Below, in pieces: positions 1-11,714 of a stretch of 64,000 nucleotides of DNA (the first letter of the stretch is position 1; each line of letters begins with the position of its first letter). Position numbers and translations under genes: made by a program. Source of the stretch: Malacoraja senta. Its lineage: Eukaryota. The stretch lies in the NCBI GenBank assembly GCA_038087875.1, contig CM075989.1, forward strand, positions 21,144,001 through 21,208,000. The letters are read 5' to 3'. The notes under the pieces were generated by a model that saw nothing but the letters and a program-made list of their open reading frames with translations, was not told where the DNA came from and did no database searches.

Positions 1-837
1 CCGGCAGCGGCCAATATTGTTGGTGTTTCTTTTTAATCATTTCAGCTCAGAATTCCTTTTGAAAGGATAAGCAACAGCTGTCTGGTTTCCTGTGTGCTGT
101 TGGATCTCGCAGAGTTACAGAAATCTACACTGAAATTCTCGGAACACATGAATATCAAATGGAGTTTTGAAAAAAGCAAATGAATACCTTTTTAAGCGGT
201 GACATTTCCAGGCAGCATATGGTTGCAAGCTCAGGGGACAGTGGTTTTTTTGATGAATGTGTCCCATTGAAGACTGAGTCTGGTGGTAGGCAGATGTCAC
301 CCAACGCTTTCTCTTATGAAATGATAATGTAAACCCTTTAACGTAGAAGCTACAGTCAGAAGCATTGATTCCCTCCTGATCCACACTTTTGGATATCAGT
401 GAAGATACATACAAGGAACAAACACAGTCCCCAAACTGTACTAAAAATAAAGGTTTAGCGTTAAAGGGAAAAAAATAATCTTATTGTTATTTTACATTTA
501 GTTGATACACCTAGAGTGCTCTGTGTGGTTAGTGACGATCTGTTTCAATAAAATCAAAGTTATATGAATGTGAAGGACCAAACACATCAATGAATTAAGG
601 ACATTCTCACGCATTTGTGCCTTGCTTACCTTTGTGACCACATTTATTTCCATAGTCTTTTCTTTTCTGTCAAAATGCAAGGAGTCTTCCCAAAGTGGTT
701 ATTCACAATATTCCTTTGACTTGTTTTAGTTTTTTACACTTTTACGCAAATAACGGTGATCACCCTGTTTTACATCTTTGCTAGAAACACTGTTTTTGTT
801 GCTACTTCTCCACAACAGAACTTTTACATCCAGTTAG

Positions 838-1527
838 GGCGGCACGGTGGCGCAGCGGTACGGTTGCTGCCTTATAGCGCCAGAGACCCGGGTTCGATCC
901 CGACTACGGGTGCCGTCTGTACGGAGATTCTATGTTCTCCCCGTGACCTGCGTGGGTTTTCTCCGGGTGCTCCGGTTTCCTCCCACACTCCAAAGACGTA
1001 CAGGTTTGTAGAATAATTGGCTTTGGTATAATTGTAAATTGTCCCTAGTGTGTGTAGGATAGTGTAACGGGCCTGTCCCACTTAGGCTATTTTTAGACGA
1101 CTGCCGGCGACTGTCATAGTCGTAGCAGGTCGCCGAAAAAACGGCGACTGGACCCCCCTTCGACATAAAATTTGAAATAGAATCATTACTTGAACAACAA
1201 AAAAAAATGAAGTCAGCACCGGCGACAACCTATGTCATCCTGATGACAACCTACGACAGCTCCTACGTCAGGAGAAGTCAAGCTACGCTCATTGGCGTCA
1301 AACCCAGCGGCGACCAGAAAAACGCTACGACTCTTTGGGCGACTGAGGAGACGACTCACGACCATACAGGCAACACCCTGGTGACCGTTTGGCGACAGCC
1401 TAGTCGCCTGTAGTCGCCTAAAAAATAACCTAAGTGGGACAGGGGCATAAGTGTGCTGGGATTGCTGTTCGGTGTGGACTCGGTGAGCTGAAGGGCCTGT
1501 TTCTGCTCTGTATCTCTAAACTAAACT
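838..1527 (+). mobile_element. HE1-like tRNA-derived SINE, interrupted by a MITE
   Basis: Head GGCACGGTGGCGCAGCGGTA (A box) and GGGTTCGATCCC (B box), central GTTCTCCCCGTGACCTGCGTGGGTTTTCTCC domain, 3' GAAGGGCCTGTTTC..TATCTCTAAACTAAACT tail; about 30 related copies in the window. Confidence 0.9.
1068..1447. mobile_element. PIF/Harbinger-type MITE (family A)
   Basis: ~35-bp imperfect TIRs (GGCCTGTCCCACTTAGG / CCTAAGTGGGACAGG), TAA at 1065-1067 and 1448-1450, CGAC-rich interior; the SINE resumes on both sides. Confidence 0.9.
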
Positions 1528-1554
1528 ACTTCTGAATAATGTTAATCCTTTTTA

Positions 1555-2010
1555 GTTTTAGGTTTAGGTTCATTATTATTGAGGTGATGCGCTGAGGTAC
1601 TGTGAAACATTTTTTTTTGCATGCGTACTCATTAAATCAGATATCGCTGTACACAAATACATTTGAGCCAAGCTCAGGTACAATAGGTGGAGTGAAGAGA
1701 GAGAGAGTGCAGAATATAATTCTCACCGTTGTAGCGGAACTGTTCCAGAGACAAAGTCCAATGTTCACACTGAGGTAGAGGAGTAAATCGGACAGTACCC
1801 TGGCTTATGGAAGGACTGTTCGGAAACCTGTTAACAGAGGGGAAGAAGCTGTTCCTGAGTCTGGTGGTGCGCGGTTTCAGGCTTCTGCAACTTCTGACCG
1901 ACAGGAGCGGGGCGAAGAAGGAATGACTGGGGTAGAAAAAGGCCTTTGATTTTGTTAGCTGCTTTCCCGAGGCAGTGCGTAGTGTAGATGGAGTCACTGG
2001 TGGGAGTCTG
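1555..2010 (-). mobile_element. Rex1/Babar-type LINE 3' fragment
   Basis: Minus-strand peptide RSCRSLKPRTTRLRNSFFPSVNR parallels the C-terminus of the 52429-53193 RT ([21 protein letters not shown]), followed by 3' UTR. Confidence 0.75.
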
Positions 2011-2044
2011 GTCTCTCTGTTTCCAAGTAGCCAAATGGGAAAGG

Positions 2045-2195
2045 AAGCTCTTGATTAGTACCGGTGTCAGAGGTTATAGGGAGAAGGCAGGAGAATGGGG
2101 TTAGGAGGGAGAGATAGATCAGCCATGATTGAATGGCGGGGAAGACTTGATGGGCCGAATGGCCTAATTCTGCTCCTATCACTCATGATCTTGTG
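2045..2195 (+). mobile_element. CR1/HER1 LINE 3' UTR fragment
   Basis: GGGAGAAGGCAGGAGAATGGGG...GATGGGCCGAATGGCCTAATTCTGCTCCTATC, the end shared with longer CR1 copies. Confidence 0.85.
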
Positions 2196-2884
2196 ATCTC
2201 TCTTCACTGACAAACTTATCTTCAAATGGTCGTCTGAAGGAAGCTGATGCCTGTTGACATACTGCCAGTCCCTGCATTAAGTGAAATAAAAGTTAGTTCT
2301 GCAAAATGCATTTTAACGATATAACAGTAATTTGTAGGTCAGAAATGAGGGGATACAAACAACTCATTTTGTTCTGAACTGACAGATTTTTACCTTCAGA
2401 TTTCCTTTTATTCGGTTTGTTTTTGGTAAGAGAATTTCTAAATTATTCTAACTAGTCTGATGTGAATGCTGCATAATTGCTATTATTGATGGGTTTATTG
2501 TTCCAAAGAGCATTGTGCCTTAAGAGTGATTTTTGTTTTCAAAGTAGAAATAGATTAGTACAAGCCCTTCTCCAACAATGGATCACACGTTTGGACTCTC
2601 TCAGAACATAGAACAATATCAAAAGAAATCAAATTCTCAGCATTTTGTTCTGTTTGTAATGGAGCAGATGACAGAAACCATCAAACCTATACTTCCTCCT
2701 TTATTTTTCTCCCTTGCCTCTGGGTTAAATCAATTCTAAATCTTACCAGGTTAAAGGTCTCCTGACTCCTGGAGCACTGGAAGGTGTGAGATGTAGAATA
2801 CACGTGCCAGCTTGTCTATATCACATAGAAGCAGAATTAGGCCATTTCGCCCTTCGAGTCTAGTCCGCCATTCAATCCAGGCTC

Positions 2885-3155
2885 ACAATCCGCTCCTCTC
2901 CCATCCTGTCTCGCACCTTCTCCTTTTATCTCTGGCCTTTGTTCCAACCATCTGCCTATGAAACCACCCCCCCTCCCCCCCTCACCTGTGTCCACCTATT
3001 ACCTGCCACACTTAGTTCTGCCTCTCGCCTCTTCTAGCGTTCTTCTCCCCACTGCGATGAGTCTAAGGAAGGGTCCCGACCTGAGAGGTCACCTATTCAT
3101 GTTCTCCAGAGATGCTGCCTGACCCGTCGAGTTACTCCAGCACTTTGTGTCCTTT
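2885..3155 (+). mobile_element. Penelope-like element 3' UTR/pLTR fragment
   Basis: Pyrimidine-rich UTR, then a degenerate hammerhead core (CTAAGGAAGGGTCCCGACCTGAGAGGTC) and the CCAGAGATGCTGCCTGACCCG..GAGTTACTCCAGC block. Confidence 0.7.
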
Positions 3156-3296
3156 TACTTTTTACGTTAACCTAACTTCGCAAACTAATTTCTTACTCAA
3201 GTGATGGGTGCTAGATGAAGATTAACGTGTGAATAACGTTCTGTTTTGGAGCTGCTATAAAATCTCATTTTCTGCAGATTAAAAGATCAATAGAGA

Positions 3297-3748
3297 TCCC
3301 AGGGATGAGTGGGTTAACGTATGAGGAATGTTTGGTAGCTCTAAGACTGTTCTCACTGGAGTTTAGAAGACGAGGGGATCACATTGAAACCTACAGAATA
3401 ACAAAAGGCCTAGATAGAATGGATGTGGAGAGGCTGTTTCCAGTAGTCGGAGAGTCGAGGACCAGAGGGCACAGGCCCAGAATATATGGATGTACTTTTA
3501 GAATAGAGATGAAGAAGAATTTATTTCACCAGACGGTGATAAATCCATGGAAATCCATGGAATTCAGTGGAGGCCAAGTCATTGGGTATTTTTAAAGCGG
3601 AGATCGACTAGTACGGGTGTCAAAGGTTATGGGGAGAAGGCAGAAGAATGGGGTTGAGCAGGAAAAATACATCAGCCATGAGTGAATGGCAGAGCAGACT
3701 CAATGGGCCGAATGGCCTAATTCTGCTCCTATGTCTTATAATCTTACT
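3297..3748 (+). mobile_element. CR1/HER1 LINE 3' fragment (ORF2 C-terminus + UTR)
   Basis: Peptide LFSLEFRRRGDHIETYRITKGLD...SRTRGH is the CR1 ORF2 C-terminus. Confidence 0.9.
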
Positions 3749-4517
3749 TTAAAAGTATTATTGCTTCTTTTACTCCCCTTGCATTTGCTTTTGGTTATTT
3801 AATTGATTTCAATATGTTTATTCTTCTTGGAGTTTTATTGTCTTGTTGACTTGTATCTTCATTATGCATAGTTTAGATTTATCTAGGAAAGTGCAGGTTT
3901 TGCAATGATAATTAGCGTTCAAGAGATAGTTCTTAGATTAGCATCATGTTCGGCATGAACATTGTGGGCCGAAGGGCCTGTACCTGGGCTGTATGATGTT
4001 CTATGACTGAGGAAGGCCTCATCAGCTCTGCCCAATAATAGATATATTAAAGTACATTTATTAACTTAAATGTCGTTTTCTGTTGCATGCTTACCATGCA
4101 TGCCCAAGCAAAAAGTATACAACCAATCAATTACAACCCATATCTCATTATTAATTATAACAGTGAATCAACATGGAAATTTTGCAGCAGAATTAATATC
4201 ATGGTTTAGGGCAATTAAAAGCAGTTTTAAGCTTGATTAACTACAATTGATTAATTGGATAATCAAACTATTAATTATGTCCCTGTTTTTGCATCTATTT
4301 TATTTTACTTTCTTCCAGGGTGGTACAGATATATTTTGGAAAACTCTCAGAATAACTCGCACTCTCCCTTCAAACCCATTTGATGTAACCCAAGTTTTAG
4401 TTTAGCTTATTATTATTATTATTATTATTATTTGTGAGTGCACATTTTTCTCAATGTCTACAAAGACCTAATGTTTTCCATGTGACCAAAAATCAAACTG
4501 CTGTAGGAACTGAGTGC

Positions 4518-5080
4518 AGTTTATTATTCTCACGTGTACCGAGGTACAGTGAAAAGCTTTTTACTATTTTTACATTGTTGCCTATGGTCACTTTTTATTG
4601 AGTTTCTTGAACAATACAATATTTGAACACAAATTCTAAATTACTCGTAGTGCTGGGTGAGCAGGCGCACGGGTGGGTCGACGGCTATATCTCCCCTCTT
4701 TTTTCTTTTTTCTCTCTTTTCTCCTTCTCTCTCTTTTTAATTTAATGTCCTTTTTGGAAAGTGTTAAAATTGAAGCTGTTCACTGAACTGTCAAATTGTC
4801 AAGTATTTGGCATAAACGCTTCCAATAAAAACATTGAAACCTATTTTTACATAGTTGCATCTATGCAGTCAACGAAAAGATTATAAATGATTGCTATCAA
4901 GCCTTCCACAGTGTACGTATTCAGGATAGAGATATAATGTTTAGTGCAAGATAAAGACTAGTAAAGTCCGATTAAAGATAGTTCGAATGTCTCCAATGAT
5001 CTCTAGTTGGTGAGAGGATGGTTCAGTTGTTTGGTAACAGTTGGGAAGAAACTATCCCTGAATCTAGAGGTATGTGTTCA
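4518..5080 (-). mobile_element. Rex-type LINE 3' UTR, interrupted by an insert at ~4565-4850
   Basis: CACGTGTACCGAGGTACAGTGAAAAGCTT and TTTAGTGCAAGATAAAG...GGGAAGAAACTATCCCTGAATCT match the 32488-32925 copy. Confidence 0.7.
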
Positions 5081-5091
5081 TTGAACCCTAA

Positions 5092-5318
5092 AGGGCATGT
5101 CCCACTTTCACTACCTAATTCACGACCTCTGCCGAGTTTGCCCTTGACTCATACTCGCAGCATGGTCGTCACGAGGTCGTAGGAGGTTGTAGGTAGGCCG
5201 TGATGCTAGTCGTAGGTACTCGTGGCATCAAGTAGGTCGGGGCGTTTTTCTAGCCTGATGAAAAATGTCCACGAGTAAAAACGGTCGTGAATGAGGTCGT
5301 GAGAATGGGACAGGCCCT
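5092..5318. mobile_element. PIF/Harbinger-type MITE (family B)
   Basis: TIRs AGGGCATGTCCCA / TGGGACAGGCCCT, flanks TAA and TTA (not identical), GGTCGT repeats; highly similar to 45701-45932. Confidence 0.88.
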
Positions 5319-5355
5319 TTACTTGGAATAGCATTCACCAAGATATCTTTGGTGT

Positions 5356-5490
5356 AGGAAGGAACAGCAGATGCTGGTTTATATCGAAGATAGACCCAAA
5401 ATGCTGGTGTAACTCAACGGGCCAGGCAGCATCTTTGAAGAAAAGGAATGGGTGACATTTTGGGTTAGAACCTTTCTACAGACCTCCTTC
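5356..5490 (-). mobile_element. Penelope-derived short element
   Basis: pLTR sequence flanked by a 15-bp direct repeat AGATATCTTTGGTGT (5341-5355) / AGATGTCTTTGGTGT (5491-5505). Confidence 0.75.
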
Positions 5491-5684
5491 AGATGTCTTT
5501 GGTGTTAGGTTATCCACAGTAGAAATATAAGCATATCTGTTTGTGGGAGGAGGCTCAAGGTCAAGTCTGCCTAGCTCAATTGTAATCATGTATAGCCTTT
5601 CCGCTGACAGGTTAGCACGCAACTAAGGCTTTTCACTGTACCTCGGTACACGTGACAGTAAACTAAACTGGACGTAGTTCATAT

Positions 5685-5812
5685 GTCGGAAGGAACTGCA
5701 GATGCTGGTTTAAACTGAAGATAGACACAAAAAGCTGGAGTAACAGCAGGTCAGGCAGCATCTCTGCAGAAAAGGAATAGGTGATGTTTCGGGTCGAGAC
5801 CCTTCTTCAGAC
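5685..5812 (-). mobile_element. Penelope-derived short element with hammerhead-like core
   Basis: GGAAGGAACTGCAGATGCTGG...GATGTTTCGGGTCGAGACCCTTCTTCAG. Confidence 0.8.
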
Positions 5813-6854
5813 CTCAGTTCTTCAAACTTAGTTCTTCTTGGGATCATGTTCAGTACGGACGCTGTGGGCCGAAGGGCCTGCCCCAATGCTGCACTGTTCT
5901 ACAGTATGTTCCATGTCTACTGAGGCATTCTGATTGCAAGTCTCAGTGGGAAAATTACAATAATTACAAATTAATAATGATTTTTAAGCAGGCTGCGTGT
6001 GGTTGGGGACAATGACTTTGAAAGTGTGAAGGGGAGATTATGAAAGGAAATTGGGTCATTTTGCTCTTGCATCTTCCGTGAGGTACCGTACGTTTTCCAA
6101 ATAGGTGCATAAGGCATTTACTTTATAGATGAGACAGTGGCCATGAAAATGTCTAATGAAATCAGCATAATTTCATGAAAACATTTCACACATTCTGAAT
6201 TAAAAGTCCACGAGAGAAGACCATAGCTCATATAGATCTGCTTGAACTATCACAATAATTCACTATTAATTAAATATTCAAATAATTTTTGCAGCTCTAG
6301 TAGCCAATAAAAAAGTTAGCGCATAAAACGGTACTTTACGTTTCCAAGTTGTTAATGTTTTAGAAAAATCAGGAAAGCTAATTGCGTATGGAACCAGGGT
6401 TAAAAAGTAATGTAACAGTCTATTAACTTTAATATAGATATGTGAGTTAAGCATATGCAGAGACCTATTAGCATAAATCCCTGTTACAGAAGAATAACCC
6501 AATGTCGAGCATATAAAATCACTCAGCTATGAGTAATGTATGTGTTTTGGTCTTCGAGATTCCTCTTGGCTCGCCAATTTTTTCACAAAGCAGTCAGTTG
6601 TAGACAGCAGATTAGTCAACATTAACTAAAAGGATAACATGCAAAAGAACCTTGTGGATGTGGCAGTGCCTTTAAACTGGAAAGGTAGTGGATATTTTGA
6701 GCTTCCGACGGTGGCGCAGTGGTAGAGTTGCTGCCTTAGAGCACCAGAGACCTGGGTTCGATCCTGACCACGGTTGTTGTCTGTATTGAGGCTAAATAAA
6801 ATGAGAGCCTCTTCGACGAGAAGGCACGATGCTACTGAGATGCTGTAGTTTAGG

Positions 6855-7166
6855 GATGGCATGGTGGCAGAGCTGTAGAGTTGCTGCCTTCCAACGCCAG
6901 GGACCCGGGTTCAATCCCGACTACGGGTGCTGTCTGTACGGAGTTTGTACGTTCTCCCCATGACCTGCGTGGGTTTTCTCTGAGATCTTGGGTTTCCTCC
7001 CACATTCCAAAGACGTGCAGGTTTGTAGGTTAACTGGCTTGGTATAAATGTAAATTGTCCCTAGTGTGTGTAGGGTAGTGTTAATGTTTTGGGGTGAGCG
7101 CTGGTCAGTGCGGACTCAGTGGGCCGAAGGGCCTGTTTTGGCGCTGTATCTCTAGTCTAAACTAAA
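6855..7166 (+). mobile_element. HE1-like SINE, full length
   Basis: A/B boxes, central domain, CTAAACTAAA tail; a separate head fragment lies at 6707-6786. Confidence 0.9.
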
Positions 7167-7225
7167 TGATTGGGGCTCCCAGTTCCTTTGTTGCATCGTT
7201 GAAAGTGAATGGTTAGGTGGCAAGC

Positions 7226-7858
7226 ATGTTACGCTCTCCCGGTGACCACGTGGGTTTCCTCCGGGTGCTCCGGTCGTCTCCCACATCCCAAAGACGTGTG
7301 AGTTTGTAGATTAATCGCCCTCTGTTTAGAATGATGAGTGGCGATCTAATTGAAGCCCAGCAAATGATGAAAGGCCGAGGTAGAGTGGATGTGAAGAGGA
7401 TGTTTGTGAGATAATCTCGGACCAGAGAGTACAAACTCAGAATAAAAGGACGTACCTTTACAAAGGAGATGAGGAGGAAATTCTTTAGCCAGAGGGTGGT
7501 TGGAATTGTGGAATTCATTGCTACAGATAGCGGTGGAGGCCAAGTCAATGCGTATTTTTAAAAACGAGATTGATAACTTCTTGATTAGTATAGGTGTCAA
7601 AGGTTATGGAGAGAAGGTAGGAAAATGGGGTTGAGAGGGAAAAATAGATCAGCCATGATCAAATGATGGAGCAGACTCGTAGGTCGAAAGGCCTAAACCT
7701 GCTCCTATGTCTTATTGCTCCTAGTGTGCGGGGTGTGGATGCGAAGGTGGGACAACATGGGTGAATGTAATGGGTGCGAATAAGTGATCGATGGTCAACA
7801 TGGACTCGATGGGCCAAAGGGCCTGTTTTCATACTTTCAATCAATTCAATCAATCAAT
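7226..7858 (+). mobile_element. SINE variant with (TCAA)n tail, carrying a nested CR1 fragment (~7326-7715)
   Basis: SINE core breaks after GCCCTCTGT and resumes at TTGCTCCTAGTGTG; the insert is a CR1 C-terminus/UTR. Confidence 0.8.
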
Positions 7859-8527
7859 TTCAAAGAGGTGAAGTTTGGGTTTCCTCGTCTGCAATTAAGG
7901 GCTTGATGTAACGCAGACATCATCTGTGTCAGTGGGACCAAAACACCTTTTTCTCTTTGGCTTTTTTCTCCGTGGTTTTCTCTCGTTAGACGTTATTGCA
8001 TTTGCTGAGTGTTCCATGCATTTGCTTACTGTTTTTAATTTTAAAAAAATTACTCCATATTGAATGAATAAACATATCAATAATTAGGCAAAAAACTTCA
8101 ATGTAGAGAACGAAAATACACTCTGAGGATGGATGACCTATTTTTGTGACAGGCAATGTAATGAAAGTTAACAGCAGCATTTAGGTCATAAGCAATGAAA
8201 CACTCAATCAGTCAGTCATAAGTTCATGTGGTTATGCAGCCGGTTGATGATGTATTTTTCTCCTTTTTTTAAAAGGTCAACATAGATATTCTAGTTCACA
8301 ATTTACAATTGCCGTAGTCACCTTGATCATGAATTTCCCATTGTCATAGCGTCGTAGATAGAGCCAGACAGCATAAAAAGGCCCTTAAGACCATTATGTC
8401 TGTGTTGACCACCTCATTAACACCCTGGGGGGCAACTTAATGCCAGTACATTACCTCTTGGCTTTCCAAAAATCACTCCCCCCCCCCATCCTTCTAAGCT
8501 CCAGTGAGTACTCCTGTGAGTAATGTG

Positions 8528-8820
8528 TGGCACGGTGGCGCAGCGGTAGAGTTGCTGCCCGGAGACTCAGGTTCGATCCCGACTACGGGTGCTGTCTGAA
8601 CAGTGTCTGTACGTTCTCTCTGTGACTGCGTGGGTTTTCTCCCAGTTCTTCGGTTTCCTCCCACGCTCTGAAGACGTACAGGTTAGTAGGTTCATTGGCT
8701 CGGTATCAATGTAAATTGTCCCTATAGTTTATAACTATGATAGTGTTAATGTGCGGAGATCTCTGATCGGTGCGGCCAAAGGGCCTGTTTCTGCACAGTA
8801 TCTCTAAACTAAATTAAACT
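8528..8820 (+). mobile_element. HE1-like SINE
   Basis: Head, core and tail present. Confidence 0.9.
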
Positions 8821-9134
8821 GCAGGCCCAGAGCACATCAAATATGGATATGCAGAGAATGGAGATATATGGATCATGTGCAGACAGATGAGATTAGTTTC
8901 TCTTGGCATCAGCATGGACATTGTGGGCCGAAGGGCCTTCTCCAGTGCTGTACTCTTCTATGATCTATATTTTATGTCACTCAGATCTGAAATCTGAAGC
9001 CATAGTTTTGGGATGTCAAGAAGACTTGCACCGTTTCAAGGGAAGGTGAGACCAGAACACTTGGATTAGATTTCACTTGGTGTGTTCACTAGCCTTTTGA
9101 GACATGTAGTCTCCCAGTCTTTAGACTTCAAACT

Positions 9135-9440
9135 TTAGACTTTACAGATACAGCGCGGAAACAGGCCATTTGGCCCACTGAGTCTGCGCTGACCAGCGAT
9201 CACGCCGTACACTAGCACTATCCTACACACACTAGGGCCAATTTATAATTTTTACTGAAACCAATTGACCCGCAAGCCTGCACATCTTTGGAGTGTGGGA
9301 GGAAACCGGAGCACCTGGAGAAAACCCATGTGGTCCCAGGGAGAACGTACAAACTCCGTACAGACAGCACCCGTAGTCAGGATCGAACTCTGGTCACTGG
9401 TGCTGTAAGGCAGCAACTTTACCGCTGGGCCACCGTGCCG
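9135..9440 (-). mobile_element. HE1-like SINE
   Basis: Reverse complement of head (CCACCGTGCCG), core and tail. Confidence 0.9.
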
Positions 9441-9825
9441 CGTTTATAGTCATCTGTTCATGAACATAATTTCCATCAAGACTTTGCAAATATGAGAATA
9501 ACATCTGATGCAATAGATGTACAACTCCAGCTGCATCGTCAAAATAAGGGATCAAAGGCAGCTGCACAGTGGGTTCTATGTAGAGATGTATTTTGAAATT
9601 AAATGCTCTTCCATAAAATGACTTAATGAACTGAGGGATGAATGCAAAAGATGTCCTTCTCTCAGTTCATTCAAAGAATGCAGAGGATTGAGAAAAGGTC
9701 CAATCTCACTCTTTCAAGTCTCCCTTACACTTCCTTCGGTCAAAATTACAGAATTTATTGTTGCGGACTTTAGTGGCACATCATATTTGAAAGGGCATAA
9801 GTAAAGAAAATATTCAGTGTTGCTT

Positions 9826-10029
9826 AGACACAAAAAGCTGGAGTAACTCAGCGGGATAGGCAGCATCTCTGGAGAGAAGGAATGCGTGACGTTTCGGGTC
9901 GAGACCCTTCTTCAGAGCCGAAACGTCACCCACTCCTTCTCTCCAGAGATGCTGCCTATCCCGCTGAGTCACTCCAGCTTTTTGTGTCTATCTTCGGTTT
10001 AAACCAGCATCTGCAGTTCCTTCTTACAC
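9826..10029. mobile_element. Penelope-derived fold-back element with 14-bp TSD
   Basis: Inverted pLTR arms; ATTCAGTGTTGCTT at 9812-9825 and 10030-10043; hammerhead core on the minus strand at 9888-9915. Confidence 0.85.
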
Positions 10030-10144
10030 ATTCAGTGTTGCTTGTCAGAGAGTTAAATGGATAATAGAGGTCATGTAAGCAATCAAAGTGTGCTGCCCTG
10101 TTCTAACAGGCAGTGAAGCCAAACAAGACCCAATGCAAAATGCA

Positions 10145-10343
10145 CACAAAGTGCTGGAGCAACTCAGTGGGTCAGGCAGCATCTCTGGAGAGAAGGAGTG
10201 GGTGACGTTTCGGGTCGAGACCCTTCTTCAGGCCCGAAACATCACCCACTCCTTCTCTCCAGAGATGCTGCCTGTCCCGCCGAGTCACTCCAGCATTTTG
10301 TGTCTGCCTTCGTTTTAACCAGCGACTGCAGTTCCTTCCTACA
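10145..10343. mobile_element. Penelope-derived fold-back element
   Basis: Same inverted-arm structure; minus-strand hammerhead core at 10204-10231. Confidence 0.8.
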
Positions 10344-11714
10344 CCCTATTCAAAACATTTGTACATGTCCCGGTGCTAGAGACCTTCTGCTTCTATTTTC
10401 CATTTGCGCACATAAAATATGCATGCCATACTTAACATTTATGATCTGACAATTTGTATGCCGCATCACTGCACATTAGAAGAGTTAATATCCATATATA
10501 ATCTATATAGAATTAAATGATCTTGCTTAATAAATTGACTTTGAATTTAAGGGACTAACGCCAGGAAATTCCTGCTCGAGTGTGTTTGTTTTAGGCATTG
10601 GCTGTAAGAGCAACATTTACTTCATTGATCCGCGCTGTAATTAATTGTGAATGGCAATGAAATGGCGGGCGAGATTCAGCTAGCCGCGCGTCGCTGCTAG
10701 GTTGTGGAGCAGACTGGAGGTCCCCACAGTTGTTCCGTGAATATTTAGCTATGATCTACAAGGTGGCAGCAAGTAATAGGTTAAATTAGATTGCTAGCAT
10801 ATGTTTCATGACCCAACATGCCTCACCAAGCTCATTCATTAGAGTTGAGCAAGCAAATGAGGACTTGTGAACTGTGTTTATGCGCTACTGGGATTGTGCA
10901 CATAAACGTAATGTGGCTCAAGCATTTAAATTTTGATTTTTGTAATGAGTTTTGACATGTTTCATTTCCTAAGAGGAAGCGCATAAGACCCCCCGAAACT
11001 AAATGTTGCTAAGAAGTCATCAAGACAGAATATTAAAATGCCATCAAATAAATATTTCACTAATGCAATCAGGCTTTCACTTCAGGTATTCCAGCGAAAG
11101 GGAAGGTCAAGGGTTGATGGTTCTTAGTGAAACACTATTTGTTCCTCTTCAGTGGCTATCACTGTCAATAAATTATTTACCGTCATCTCTCGGTTGCTCA
11201 TGGACCTTGTAAAGTTCAGAGATTCATTCTCGGTGTGGGAAATACACGCAATAGCAGCAAATTTGCCGTACTTTAGGAATGTATATATTTGCCAGCCAAA
11301 TAACATCCAGGCAAAAAATAAATTTTTAATTGAATCCAAACTTCTTGTGGATTCCCGCTTTAATGTATCTGCTTGAGAAAATGCCTAACCTTCTTCGCAT
11401 CTCCCATCCGAGGTCAATTTAATATTAAGGTCAATTACGCAATAGTAATTGTCACGGATGATGCAGCGTTTAATAATTAAGAGGTTGTGTTAGTAAATGC
11501 TGTTTTATTCATTAAAAATTGTGTTTCCACTCTCAGCTGTTTAGTGAGTAAATGAACAGATGAGGGTTTTTCGATGAGAGACGAGCTGTTAGACCCTGAT
11601 CTATACTGTGCTGGTTCACCTCAACTGGGATTGCAGTCAAGCTGTTAAAATTGGCCTCAATTTGCTAAACTGGTGAATCATTGTTATCGGCCTGCTCTTA
11701 ACTGCCATCAAGAG

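Noticed and set aside
115..414. 99-aa minus-strand ORF at the window start
   Set aside because: No family resemblance; length is compatible with chance.
838..915. tRNA-like A/B boxes, repeated many times
   Set aside because: These are SINE heads, not tRNA genes.
4625..4840. Possible L1/Tx1-like 3' UTR with AATAAA
   Set aside because: No diagnostic motif or second copy in the window to classify it.
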